Shown here: positions 10,751-22,101 of the stretch, one piece after another
How positions within the stretch are numbered: position 1 is the stretch's first letter
How the letters are laid out: every line of letters starts with the position of its first letter
Origin: Diplonema japonicum
Lineage: Eukaryota > Protista > Euglenozoa: Diplonemea
DNA: 64,000 bases
Assembly (NCBI GenBank): GCA_964019335.1
Contig: OZ025674.1
Span: forward strand, 1 to 64,000
Reading direction: 5' to 3'
The notes under the pieces: model-generated
Told to the model about the DNA's origin: nothing
The model's input: the letters and a program-made list of their open reading frames with translations, nothing else
The model's database searches: none
Position numbers and translations under genes: made by a program

Positions 10751-10869
10751 TCTTCTGTTTTGTGTATTAAGAGAACTGTAAAGAATATGAAGTGAGGAAG
10801 AAGTAAAAATAAATGTGGTTGGTGAAACCTGCTTTGCACACTTTTTGCACACTTCAGGTTTTTATGGGA

Positions 10870-11366
10870 GACAGAAAAATTCACCCTTCATACCTTCGTC
10901 TTTGAATACCCTTGTTGCAGGTGCTGGAGGTGAGCAGAGGATTGTCAACCTTTATCCTGAAAAGATAGGGTCACTCATTTTAACATTTGCACCTGGAGAA
11001 GTGGAGTATCACCATCCATACTACATAAGAATAAGTAATAACTACCAATACCTTCCTGTGACACGAGATGAAGAAACAATCTTTTTACAGCTATCATTGG
11101 AACATGATCCTAATGAGGACTATGCTCACTTACACTTATCAAAGGGTGAGATGTACTTTGCTGGTCATAAGGTATATGTGAGCAATGACTATCAAGAAAT
11201 CAAAATACAGAATTTCATACTCCCCTACACATATGAGACACTCTACCTGCTTATGAGACCTGACAATACTTTTCCTATTGCTGAGCTCCCTCATAAGGCT
11301 TATGATGATTTTATACAATTGCTTCTTAGTATTGGTTTCAAGGACATTCATAAAGTAGTAAGATAG
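10870..11366 (+). other. AT-rich, CpG-poor ORF of unknown function, possibly virus/Polinton derived
   Basis: Open frame with codon style unlike the host genes, adjacent to a second such ORF; no recognisable motif. Confidence 0.35.
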
Positions 11367-11395
11367 CTACCATTGCAAAAAGGATAATTAATACA

Positions 11396-11900
11396 TTGGA
11401 TGAAGAATATGATCCTAATCTGACAGGTCTTGAAAATGTGAAGAAGGTGTTAAGAGAAAGCTCCCCTGATGTAGAAATGATATCCCCTTCTGTACTATCA
11501 TCAACAAGATATATCACACCATTAACACCACCTCCTCTAATAGATCTTAGATCACCAGAAGAAGTTACTATAAGAAGAGCATCTCATCAATTAAACTTTG
11601 AGATTATTGAGAAAGGAGGTGTTGCTAAGTTAATGAGTAATGACAGTGATGGAGCACTTGTACAGATTGAGAAAGAATTCCCCAAACAATCCTTAGAAAG
11701 ATTATCAGGAGGTGATCCTTCAAACAGGTTTGTGAAGGGGAGTGACAATCAGTTCTATATCCCCTTCCTACCAGTGTTGGTCCAGACCCTTGAGGGACTC
11801 AGGGGACTCCAAGGGACAGGACAGGAGTCCCCTGAAATTTTCAGGGGTCTGGAGGGGACTCAGGGGACTGGAGGGACTCAAGGGACTCAGGGGACTCAGG
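11396..11900 (+). other. CpG-poor ORF ending in collagen-like G-X-Y triplets, cut off by a hAT-like end
   Basis: GLRGLQGTG...GLEGTQGTGGTQGTQGTQ, followed immediately by CAGTGATGGG at 11901. Confidence 0.4.
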
Positions 11901-12147
11901 CAGTGATGGGTGAATCCTAATTAGGACTAGACCAGACTGGATCTGGCATGAATTTCGACCCAATTATGCTGGACTGACAGACTGACCAGACTGACCAGAC
12001 CAGACCAGACTGGACTGGACCAGACAAGATACAACCACAACACCACATCCCCCCCTTTTTTTGCTGCAGAGTTCAAACATATAAACAGATGTCTACAAGA
12101 AAAGATGTTACACAGGTACTGAGAGATGACAACAACAACAACAACAA
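11901..12147 (+). mobile_element. hAT-like transposon end (copy 1 of a ~250-bp inverted pair)
   Basis: Starts CAGTGATGGGTGAATCC with (GACCA/GACTG)n subterminal repeats; reverse complement at 14524-14807. Confidence 0.65.
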
Positions 12148-12879
12148 TGATAAGAAGAAAAGAAAAAGGAGCAACAGTACTGGTTCCTGTTCATCTTCAT
12201 CTTCCTCCTCAAAGCCATGTGCTGCTACTAACATTGAAGAACTACTCAGTCAAAAACCCGAATGTGGCCCTACTTTAACCTGCACCCAGAAGAAAACTGG
12301 GCTTTCTCAGTCTGCAATGTTGCAGTTCATCAGTGGCAATGGTAGGAGAAAGAAAAAAAAAGAAAAAAAAAAGGCATTGGCAGTACATTTAAAGCATTCT
12401 TTTGAAAAACCAGTGGTAAAAACACGATACCAACTGCAACTGATGAGGCAGTGGCTTGGGATGGGGTTGCAGCTGCTTGTGTATATGAGCAGGAGCCTGG
12501 AATCATTTTCCACTTCCCTCCCAGAACTGTGGATGAATGAGTGTACCACCTTGTAGAAGTTACCTCAACCAACCCCAATCACCTTTCTGAGACAGAAGCA
12601 AAGCTGAGGCTTGCACAGCTTAAGGTGAAGGAGCTGAAACACTTTCAGAGTTCCATGTCCAGAGACCTGCTTCACCCCCCACAGACCCTCCCTACACCTG
12701 ACCAGCCTGCTGGTGCCAAAGAAGAAAGAGGGGCAGTTTCAATTTTGGAATTAAAAGACTGGAACTATGTCTATGCCCACCCTCAAGCGGTACCACACAC
12801 ACAAGAAAAAAAAAAAAAAAAAAATAGTGCCAGCTTGCCTCTGTATCCCTTCTTGGTGCTGAAGGCCTTTGTTTTCCCC

Positions 12880-13290
12880 AGGTGTACCAACATGTTTGTC
12901 AGGTGGCAGAGCTCGTCAAGCAGGAGAATGGAACTCTGGACCCCCTCTCTGAGATCCTAGAGAAGAGGTATAGGTTGTCTGTATAGGAGATGGGTAGGAC
13001 TTCTGGGGATGTAGCAATGCATTGCCTGGTGTAGGCAGTGAGGATGGCATTGATGAAGATGGGTGAGATAGGGCACCCCTGGAGGATCCCATTTGTGGTG
13101 TGGAACACCTCCCCTACCCCCACCTGGAAGCACAGACATTGGTTGAGGTTGGTGTACATGGATCTCAGTGGTCTTAGGATGTTCTCAGACATGCCCAGTC
13201 TCTCCACCAGGTCAAATGTTAATGTGACAGGGATGGAGTCAAAACACTTCCTGAAGTCCACTGACAGACTATATAGAGGTTCCACCCCCT
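12880..13290 (-). pseudogene. Non-LTR reverse transcriptase fragment (different family from the CRE element)
   Basis: SVDFRKCFDSIP, TNGILQGCPISP, SYTDN (decayed YADD). Confidence 0.85.
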
Positions 13291-13304
13291 GTTGGGCATT
13301 TTCC

Positions 13305-14470
13305 ACAAGAGGTAAAGGAGACCAGTGACAGGGGGTGCACCTCGGCCGCTTCTGCGTTCCGCATCGTGTCCTTAATGCATGTGGTGTGCAGCTCAACCCC
13401 AGCTGGTGCCCTAAGTAGTTTACTCACCCTGAGCATTTGCAATTTGTTCTTCCACTCAGGGTGCTACAGGTGATGACCAGCCAAGTGGATGGAGGAAAAT
13501 GCCTGTTTGTTGTGTTGGTGGCACCTGCACAAGAACTGTTAACTTGATACAGGGGGGGCACTGCAGCCAAGTTGTAGCTTCTTCTGTGTTCTGCGTTGTG
13601 TCCTTAATGTGTGCAGTGTGCAGTTTAACCCCAGCCAGAGCAACACAACCCAGGGTAACCAACATTCTGTGCTCATGCAGTTTGCTGCCAATTCATCACC
13701 CTGAGCATCTGCATTATGTTCTCCCACTTGGGCACTACTGGTGATGACTGACATGGAGGTCAACAGCAAACAACACATCTGATGTACTTCTTATATTTCC
13801 ATGTTATCTCCACCACCTGAATGATATATATATGAGTTAAAAGAAGCCGGTGTTGGTGGCACCCTGCACAAGAACTGTCTACTTGATTACAGGGGCACAC
13901 CGCAACCGAGTTGTAGCTTCTTCTGCATTCTGCGTCATGTCTTTAATGTGTGTGGTGTACAGCTCAACCCCAGCCAGAGTGTCCCAGGTAACCAAGATTT
14001 GGCGCTTGTGCAGTTTGCTGCCTGTTTGTCACCCTGAGCATCTGCATTATGTTCTTCCACTCGGGAGCTACCGGTGATGACCAATGAGGAGGACAACAGT
14101 GAACAACACATCTGATGTTTTTTCATGCTATCCCCACCACCTTTGGAATAATATACAAGAGTTAAAGGAGGCTGGTGTTGGCAGTGCCCAAGAACTGTCT
14201 ACTTGATTACAGGGGGTGCACCACAGCCGGGTTGTAGCTTCTTCTGCATTCTGCATCGTGTCCTTAATCACCACGGCTGAGTTGTAGCTTCTTCTGTGTT
14301 CTGTGTCGTGTCCTTAATGTGTGTGGTGTTCAGCTCAACCCTAGCCGGGGCACCCCAGGAAACCAAGATTCTGCACTCATGCAGTTTGCTTGGTGATGAC
14401 CGATGAGGAGGTCAACAGCGAACACATCTGATGTTTTTCTTATATTTTCATGTTATCCCCACCACCTGAA
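13305..14470 (+). repeat. Degenerate ~300-bp repeat units (4-5 partial copies; inverted copy at 15560-15840)
   Basis: Recurring agaactgtctacttgattacagggg / gttgtagcttcttctg / cagctcaaccccagc / cacatctgatg blocks. Confidence 0.8.
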
Positions 14471-14523
14471 AAAGAAGATAAAAGTTTTTTTTTTTTTTTT
14501 TTTTTTTTTTTTCTTTGTTTCTC

Positions 14524-14807
14524 GTTGTTGTTGTTGTTGTTGTTGTTGTCTCTCAGTACCTGTGTAACATCTTTTCTTGTAGACATCTGTTTATATGTTT
14601 GAACTCTGCAGCAAAAAAAAAAAGGGGGATGTGGTGTTGTGGTTGTATCTTGTCCAGTCCGGTTCAGTCCAGTCCAGTCCAGTCCAGTCCAGTCTGGTCA
14701 GTCTGGTCAGTCTGGTCAGTCCGGCATAATTGGGTCGAAATTCACGCCGGATCCGGTCCGGTCTGGTCCAGTCCGGTCTAGTCCTCATTAGGATTCACCC
14801 ATCACTG
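14524..14807 (-). mobile_element. hAT-like transposon end (copy 2, inverted)
   Basis: Ends GGATTCACCCATCACTG at 14807 and matches 11901-12147. No shared 8-bp TSD between the two outer flanks. Confidence 0.65.
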
Positions 14808-15943
14808 CTGTAAGTAAGCTTTGGCTGAAACTAATGTGAGCTATGGTAAACAAAAACAAAAAATACACAAGGGTGAGAGGGTAGGTTTTAAATGATGAGA
14901 AGAGTTAACAGAAGGAAGCCAAAGAGAGCAGTAGTGAAAAAGTGAATTGACAAGGGGGGAAAGAGGGAGGAGAAGCAGATGAAAGGGAAAAGAAACATGC
15001 AAGAGTGACACAGGGGTAGGGAACAAGCCCTCCAAGCCAATCCCAAAGCATGGAATAACCCTACACTGCAGATCCAAGCTTGAGTACCACCCAACATCAA
15101 CACTTAGGCACTGCCAAGGCAGACCAGGTGTTGCTCACTCCTTTAATTGGAACCCCTCACAAGTGTAAAAAACATCTCCCTCCCACCTACCTCCCTCTAT
15201 CATTTGCGTTTATCAGTGTTTTATGAGGAAAAGGGGAAAGAAAAAAAAAAGGAAGGAGGAGAGGTAAAAAACCCACTTCTATTTTTTGGCAAATACTTGT
15301 AGATAAAGGACCCACAATTTTGTGGTATGAGTACTCACCCCCCCTCCCCAAAAGGTGAGAAAGCACCTGTTAAAAACTAGCAAGCTATGATTTGCTTGTG
15401 TTCTTCTTTTTTTTGACTCTTTGATTTCTGTTTTCCCTTTCCCCCACCCACCCCCACACACCCCCCTGGCTGGGAGGAGGGAAAAAGAAAGAAGAGAGAA
15501 TGGTCTGGCCAGCCTAAAAAAAAAGAGGTTTATTTAAAAAAAAAAAAAAATGCAGAAGTGGCTGAGGTGCACCCCCTGTCATTGGTCTCCTTTACCTCTT
15601 TCATGTTATTGGGTGGTGGGGATTACACAGAAATATGGAAATATAAGAAGTACATCAGATGTGTTGTTCGCTGTTAACCTCCATGCTGGTCATCACTGGT
15701 AGTGCCCGAGTGGAGGAACGTATTGCAGATGCTCAGGGTGATGAACTGGCAGCAAATTATGCATGCCCAGAATCTTGGTTACCAGGGGTGCCATGGCTGG
15801 TGTTGAGCTGCACACTGCACACATTAAGGACATGACACGGAATATCTTTCAACCTTGATGATGCAAAGAGGGAAAAAAAAAAAAAAAAATGAAAAAAAAA
15901 GGGCAAAAAAAAAAAAAAAAAAAAAAAATAGGTAAGGAATTCC

Positions 15944-16075
15944 CTGTTCCACCATGTTCCACCAGTTCCACCATGTTCCACCAAGTTCTGCCAAGTTCTG
16001 GTTCCACCAGTTCTGCCGTTCCACCAAGTTCCGACTTTTCAGTTTGGTGGAAGGGAACGGAATGACCCACCCCTG
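15944..16075 (-). mobile_element. hAT-like MITE end with (GTTCCACCA)n subterminal repeats
   Basis: Tandem GTTCCACCA(T/A) units ending ...GACCCACCCCTG (reverse complement CAGGGGTGGG). Confidence 0.4.
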
Positions 16076-16289
16076 GTATGAGTTGCTCACCCCCCTACCC
16101 AAAAGTGAGCAAAGCGTCCGTTAAAGAAAAGCAAGCCAGGATAGACTTGTGTACCCTTTTTTCGCTCCTCTTCACTTTCACCCACCTGGGCCCCACCCAC
16201 CCCTACCCCTACCCGAGGCCAGGGAGGGAGAAAAAGAAAGGAGAGGGCTTGGCCAGCCAAAAAAAAAGAGGTTTATTTTAAAAAAAAAA

Positions 16290-17754
16290 AAAATTAGTAC
16301 CATTTACCCTTTCCTTGCACCTTCCTATGGTTGCATGCTGCCCTTTTTTTGAGTATTCAAAGCAACAACGAAAATGGGGGGGTACCGTAGATAGGCTCCA
16401 GGCGTTTAGGGGTTATTTTTTTTTTTTTACATAGTCACAACAAGGTAGTATGAGCCTTGCCTCACATCCCACCCAAACCTAGGACCTCTTTTTTTGAACC
16501 TTTGAAACCAAAAGTACCAAAAAAAATGCAAGCCCCAGCCTAAATTTGGGCCTTTGTGACACAAAAAACACAAAGAAATTTTTTGGTCCCAAGAGTCCCC
16601 TCCAGACCCCTCTTCTTGTTGTGTCCACTTTGGCTCACAGGGCAACGGGACACTATCAAAAGTGGAGATGCTGCATTCCCGGACTCCCCCAGCTGGAAAG
16701 CTGCATACCACCCCCGGTCAAGGACTGAGCATTGATTCGCTCCTTCTCCCGCCTTAAGCACAGCGTTTTTCAGCCAGCTAAACGCAAGCGCTATGGCTTT
16801 AAGGTGCACTCCGTCGCATTCATGCACAGGGTGCGCGCTCAACATTAGAATTTACCCTGGTGGGGACCCGGAGGACACGGTACCATGTCTTCTGCGACAG
16901 TTCGAGCATCGTGGTCACTGGGTTGCGATGGATAATCTTTGTTCTAATTACCAGCTCTTCTGCTCTCTTTTGAGTACGGGTATGCATGCTATCAGAGGTT
17001 CAGCGCAACAGAAAAATACAACCCCGTGGGCACGGTTCAACTCCGGAAGACGACAGTGGGCAGAAAAACGAAAAAGGAGACCAGCAAACAAATCTCACAC
17101 CATGACAGAGTCATGCGGCAGAGTTCGGACAGCATCCGGTTCCTCTTGTGGCACGGCCGTACCAAACCCGTGTTAGCCTTTTCGGCTTTGCCTATAACTT
17201 TGCCTTTAATCTCTTCGATTTTGCCTATTGTATGAAATTCACCTCAAGGCTGTGCCGAGAATCAATAAAAAACAACTTTACACCTACAAAACGTGCAATG
17301 TTGCCCTGTGCCCTGAGTGCTTTGAGATTTTTCATACAAAAAATGACTACCCTGACATGATAAAATACCGACAATTCTGGGGACGCTTGAAAGAAAAATC
17401 CTCAAGGGCGCCAGCGTCCGCCAGGACCCAATGTTGGAAGAAAATCGACATCTGTAGAAAAAAAAAAAGTGAGGGAGGCTGTCCTCCGCCCAAGCGCCCT
17501 CGAGTGGGTTGAGCAAAGTCGCTTGCGATGCTCAGTACTTTGTCGTATAGTTCCTCTCCCGACCCGGTATGAACACTAAGTAAGCCCCCCTGCATGGAAA
17601 ATAAACTGTTTTTTTTACCCCCTGGGTCACGTGCTTTTTAAAGGGTATAGTGTACTTTCCTATGGTTAAACTCTCGCATTTTTTTTTCCCGGGTTCATAA
17701 ATAGACTGTCCTTGGCATTTTTTTCGCCAAAACCCCCGGTCCTTTAGTGGTTAA
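16290..17754 (+). mobile_element. piggyBac-type transposon remnant
   Basis: D*ALIRSFSRLKHSVFQPAKRKRYGFK; GHWVAMDNLCSNYQLF..LLSTGMHA; C-terminal Cys-rich KTCNVALCPECFEIFH; right end ...TTTAGTGG|TTAA at 17750-17754. Left end not found, so the start coordinate is approximate. Confidence 0.75.
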
Positions 17755-19059
17755 AAAAGTCGATCCCTAGAAATAGGGGTCCTAGCTATGGTTTCCTAAT
17801 CGATTCCTATTGTTGCAGTGTGCTCTATATTTCGCCCAAATAGTCAAAAAAACGAAAATGCGAAAGGTTCCGTGTTTGGTGGAACATGAAATTCGGGTTG
17901 GCTTGTTGAAATTAGGTTTTCTGAAGGAAAATTTGAAATTAGGTATCATTTTTGGTGGAAAAATGAAATTGGGTTACCGTGTTTGGTGGAACATGAAATT
18001 CGGGTTGGCTTGAACGGTGGAAAATTTTCATTTTGTTGCCGTGTTTGTAGTTTTTCTCTTTTTTTTTATTTCACCCTTTGTCATAATCAATTCTTTTTTT
18101 TGTTTACCATAGCTCACATTGGTTTCAGCCAAAGCTTACTTACAGGAGCCATGTGAAGGCTGTGATTTGGACTTTATCCTCTCTGCCAATACTGGTATGC
18201 CCTTTTGTTCTTCTGTTTTTTGACTCTTAAATTTCTATCTTCCCTTCACCCCACCCAACCCGGAAAGAAGAGAGAAAGGCCTGGCCAACCTAAAAAGAGG
18301 TTTATTTAAAAAAAAATGCTGTGTTGCTTTACATTATGTTGGTTTTTATTGCATCACATTCATTGTGGTGTTGCGTTGTTGTGCTGAGTTGTGTTGCATT
18401 GCTTGACAAGTTTGCAAGATGATGTGAAGACACACTTCACAACATCCAAGACTTCAAGCAAAGCAACGTGGCACAATAAAAAAGTGAAGCAATGCAACAC
18501 AACACAACTAAAGAACACAACTACACAACACTATGCAATGTAACATGATGTGGTGATGGTAGGTATGCTGAAAATTGTCCAAATTACATCGAAATCCACC
18601 ATGTATGTCAAAAAGAAATGAAGGTGTTGGAGTGGTTGGACCTAGTCCTGCCTGCTATCCAGAGGATCTAAAAATAGTTCCAGCAAACAGACCGAGCGTT
18701 TAATCGCTGAATAGAGTCGTGCAACGAGTTCATTGCAGCCTTTGTTTTGAAAAAGAACACAAGGCTGCTAAACGAGTTTTAGAGATATAGGGCGTCATTG
18801 AATTATGTCGTTTGTTTGAGGTTTCCTCGAAGAGTGAAGGTGCTTGGGATGTTGTTAAGGCCACTAGAAGAGCTTTTGGGCGTCCAGGAATTGTCAGTGA
18901 AGCGATCAATGATGTCCAGCGCGGAGGATTACTTATCTCGTTCATGTTACATGTGATGTGGTAGTGGCCCACTCACACAACCTTTTATTGAAAATACAAA
19001 AAATAAGTTTAAAAAAAAAAAAAAAACATTACCCTCCAGGTAAGAAAAAAAAGGTGAAC

Positions 19060-19857
19060 ATGGTGTTAATCCATCTCAAGGGCGACGGCGAGAACTTAGC
19101 TAAAGAGCAGTCCCTGTATGAAACAACAGGCGACACCTTATGCGAGGAGCTTACACTGGAGCTGACTAGACTGCAGAACATGAGAGTGCGCGTTCGGTTT
19201 ATGATCTCGGCAGCGAAGGCCTTACAAAAATCGGTGACAGACGACAAGCTCAAAGCAGTTTTTGACGGGCCAATTACTGAGGCCACAGCAATGTTAGACT
19301 TGGAACACGTGTCAAAGCGACGTGCAATCAAAATGACCGAATACCAAATGGTTGTGGATACCTTAAAGGGTTGCGCCACCATTGTGTTTCCCTCGGAGTG
19401 CACGGATAGGAGGGGTGGCAATACACCTGTTGAGAATTTGTGCAAGCAGTTGGATGACGACAACTGCGAGAACCCTGATCACATAAGGTGTCTCTTGGCA
19501 TTGATCGACGACGGTGCCAGGACTGAAGACATGTTCACAGAAGGTGCCACCCAGCTGTGGTGGGCGAGCAAGCAGCTACATGCTGGTGACCAGCTTCGCA
19601 AGTACACTGGCAAGAATGAAAAGACAAAATTGATCTGTAAGCTCTCAAAACTAGGCGGCACTGCACCGACCAAGGAGCCGCCCATTGACGCACAGGCACA
19701 GCAGGACATGATGACATACTGGCACAGGAAGCAAGAAGAGAATAAAAAGCTGCAAGTTGATGAAGACATTTCCTACGGCAACTCGCAATGGGCTGACCCA
19801 AAGGGGCTTAAAAACCACTTTCAAGGAACTGGCAACATCTCATGGCGCCCGAAGTGA
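19060..19857 (+). CDS. CFAP298: Cilia/flagella-associated protein 298 (C21orf59/DUF2870)
   Basis: QLWWASKQL...YTGKNEKTKLICKL...APTKEP...MMTYWHRKQEE.KKL...SYGNSQWADPKGLK..FQG. Confidence 0.9.
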   Translation: MVLIHLKGDGENLAKEQSLYETTGDTLCEELTLELTRLQNMRVRVRFMISAAKALQKSVTDDKLKAVFDGPITEATAMLDLEHVSKRRAIKMTEYQMVVDTLKGCATIVFPSECTDRRGGNTPVENLCKQLDDDNCENPDHIRCLLALIDDGARTEDMFTEGATQLWWASKQLHAGDQLRKYTGKNEKTKLICKLSKLGGTAPTKEPPIDAQAQQDMMTYWHRKQEENKKLQVDEDISYGNSQWADPKGLKNHFQGTGNISWRPK

Positions 19858-20073
19858 GCATCTCTGTGAAGAGATGGACCCTTTTCTTTCTTTTTTTAAA
19901 TGTCTCCCCCCCCCACCCCTCTCTTTTTTCTTTCTTTTTTTTGGTTTATGGTTTAAATTTTATTCTTGTCTTAATGCTTTTTGCCTAATCTTTCAGTGAA
20001 GTAATCGGACCTTAATCGGAGTCCTTGTTATGCCTATCTTATCGCACTTTTTTAAGTTGTTCTACAGGTGGGT

Positions 20074-20634
20074 ATGGAAGACATTAAGGCTTCTGCGGTT
20101 GATGGGTGCAGCACAATGCAGGTCACCATTATAAAGCTGTGCGATACAGTTGAGGAACTGCGCGTGAGACTAAAGGCAGTCGAAGAAGACAAAGTTACAT
20201 TGGAGGTGAAAGAAAGAATCAACGACAAGAGAATTAAAGAATTAGAAGAAGTGACCGAATGTTACAGAGAGCTCTCTGGAGACATGGGCGCTTTAAAAGT
20301 AAGAATGGGTGAACAAGCAGCAAAGCTCGAGCAGAGCAGATGGGTGGACCTCGACCTCATCTCGTCAGAAGAGTTCGACGTCTGCGGAGTGTACCGTGTG
20401 CACGTGGACGACATGAACGATGCAATGAAGACAGCTTGGGTATATCCTGCACGTGTCCTTCCTTCGTACCTTCTCTTCGACCCCGCCTCCCCTTCATGCT
20501 CGGCGTACTACTCGCGTATACCTGCAACGAAGAAGAGCCGCTGGGAATATCTTCCGAAGAATTCTGACACCCCATGCTCTCCTGCAGTCCCTATCATAGG
20601 CTCCGTCTATGCCATCCAGGTTGCACAGCTATGA
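20074..20634 (+). CDS. Hypothetical coiled-coil protein
   Basis: ORF with host-like codons and an N-terminal coiled coil; AG acceptor just upstream. Confidence 0.6.
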   Translation: MEDIKASAVDGCSTMQVTIIKLCDTVEELRVRLKAVEEDKVTLEVKERINDKRIKELEEVTECYRELSGDMGALKVRMGEQAAKLEQSRWVDLDLISSEEFDVCGVYRVHVDDMNDAMKTAWVYPARVLPSYLLFDPASPSCSAYYSRIPATKKSRWEYLPKNSDTPCSPAVPIIGSVYAIQVAQL

Positions 20635-20722
20635 CGGCATTTCCATGCCTAGGCTTCCCAGTTTAATATTTGCTGTGCACTACACAATAGCAATATTTCA
20701 CTCAGAAAACAAATTTATAACG

Positions 20723-21568
20723 ATGGCAACTACTTTCCACATCACTACGGTGAACGTGCTGTTCGAGCGTTACTACGCAAAGTACTGCAAGGGAGGGAAG
20801 GTGTCGCTGGAGGAGAGGACAAGGATGTTTTCGGAATGGCTGGAGGGGGGAACGCTCGGGGGTGAGGAAGAGGGGGCAGACGTTGTGGCGCTGCAAGAGT
20901 GGCCGTACGGGGACGAGCAGGGAGAGCAGTGGGGGAGGGTGATGGAGAGGGCTGCTGTTGGGAGCGGGTACAAGGTGGTGACGCAGGAGGAGCCTGGGGA
21001 GGGGACAGTGAAGGCGGACGGGCTGCTGTTCCTGGTGAAGGGGGAGAGGTGGGATGTGATCGGGGCGAAGGTGAGGCGGTTCACGCGAGGGAAGGGGTCG
21101 AAAAGGTACGCGGTGGTGCTTCTGCGGGAGAAAGGGGAGGGAAAGAGAGTGGTGGGGGTGGTGGGGGGACACGCGCCCTTCGGGAGGGGCCTCAGCGACA
21201 GTTGTAGCCACATACGAGAGATGTTCGAGGGAGTGGACGGGGGGCTCACCCCTTACTGGATCGGGGTCGGGGACTGGAACGTCGAGGCGAAGGGTCCCGA
21301 GAAGCACCGCAGGTTCTTGGCGGAGGCACTTCCACCCTTCTGGTTGGACCACACGAAGGACCTCGAGACCGCGACCTGCGCCGCGGACCACGGCCCCGCA
21401 AAGTACGACTACATCGTGTCTTCCCCAGGGTTCTCCCTCCAACAGCCCGTCGTCGCCACCCCTCCAACCACAGAGACCCTCCTCCACCATAAGCCCCCTC
21501 CCCACCACTCCCCAGCCTGGTTCTCCGACCACCTCGCCCTCTCAGCGAGGATGCTTTTCAAAGATTGA
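20723..21568 (+). CDS. Endonuclease/exonuclease/phosphatase (EEP) family protein, copy A
   Basis: TVNVL, DVVALQE, GGH, GDWN, YDYI, SDH motifs. Confidence 0.85.
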   Translation: MATTFHITTVNVLFERYYAKYCKGGKVSLEERTRMFSEWLEGGTLGGEEEGADVVALQEWPYGDEQGEQWGRVMERAAVGSGYKVVTQEEPGEGTVKADGLLFLVKGERWDVIGAKVRRFTRGKGSKRYAVVLLREKGEGKRVVGVVGGHAPFGRGLSDSCSHIREMFEGVDGGLTPYWIGVGDWNVEAKGPEKHRRFLAEALPPFWLDHTKDLETATCAADHGPAKYDYIVSSPGFSLQQPVVATPPTTETLLHHKPPPHHSPAWFSDHLALSARMLFKD

Positions 21569-22101
21569 TCCGCTCCCCAAAAAAGTCAAAGTCCTAATTC
21601 TGGGTCACACACACACTCCCACCCGCTGGTTTCCAAGCGCTGCTGGGCACGTTGTTGATATGTAGGTACAAAGAGGGTCAAGGCTGGAAGCGCCTCAAAC
21701 ATCTAACCTTTTGGGTAGTTCCACCTGGCTTCATGATTAGTGCCGACATTTCAAGCTTTTACTTTAAGATTTTGATGAATGGTCGTTGCCACAATTCCTT
21801 AGGGTGTTGCTGTAAGCGATAAAGTTCGAACACTATAATCCGGGATGGTAATAAGGGTTGTCAGAAACAACCTTGGACCTGAGAATGCTTGATGAGCAGG
21901 GTTTAGTGTATTTTTTTGATTATCCATGCCATGCAGGGCGCATCGAAACTTATGCCCCAAAACTGGAATGATGGCTAGCGAAAAATCCTGAACGAGTCGA
22001 ACTTCTTATATGTTTGAACTTTATCGGTTTTGCAATATTTATTATTTATTCCATATTAGTGTATTTGTGTTACCAGCAAACTGCATTGCAACAGAGAAAA
22101 C

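Noticed and set aside
20702-21532. Antisense ORFs over both EEP copies, and EEP as a retroelement APE domain
   Set aside because: The antisense frames are shadows of skewed composition; there is no adjacent RT, TSD or tail.
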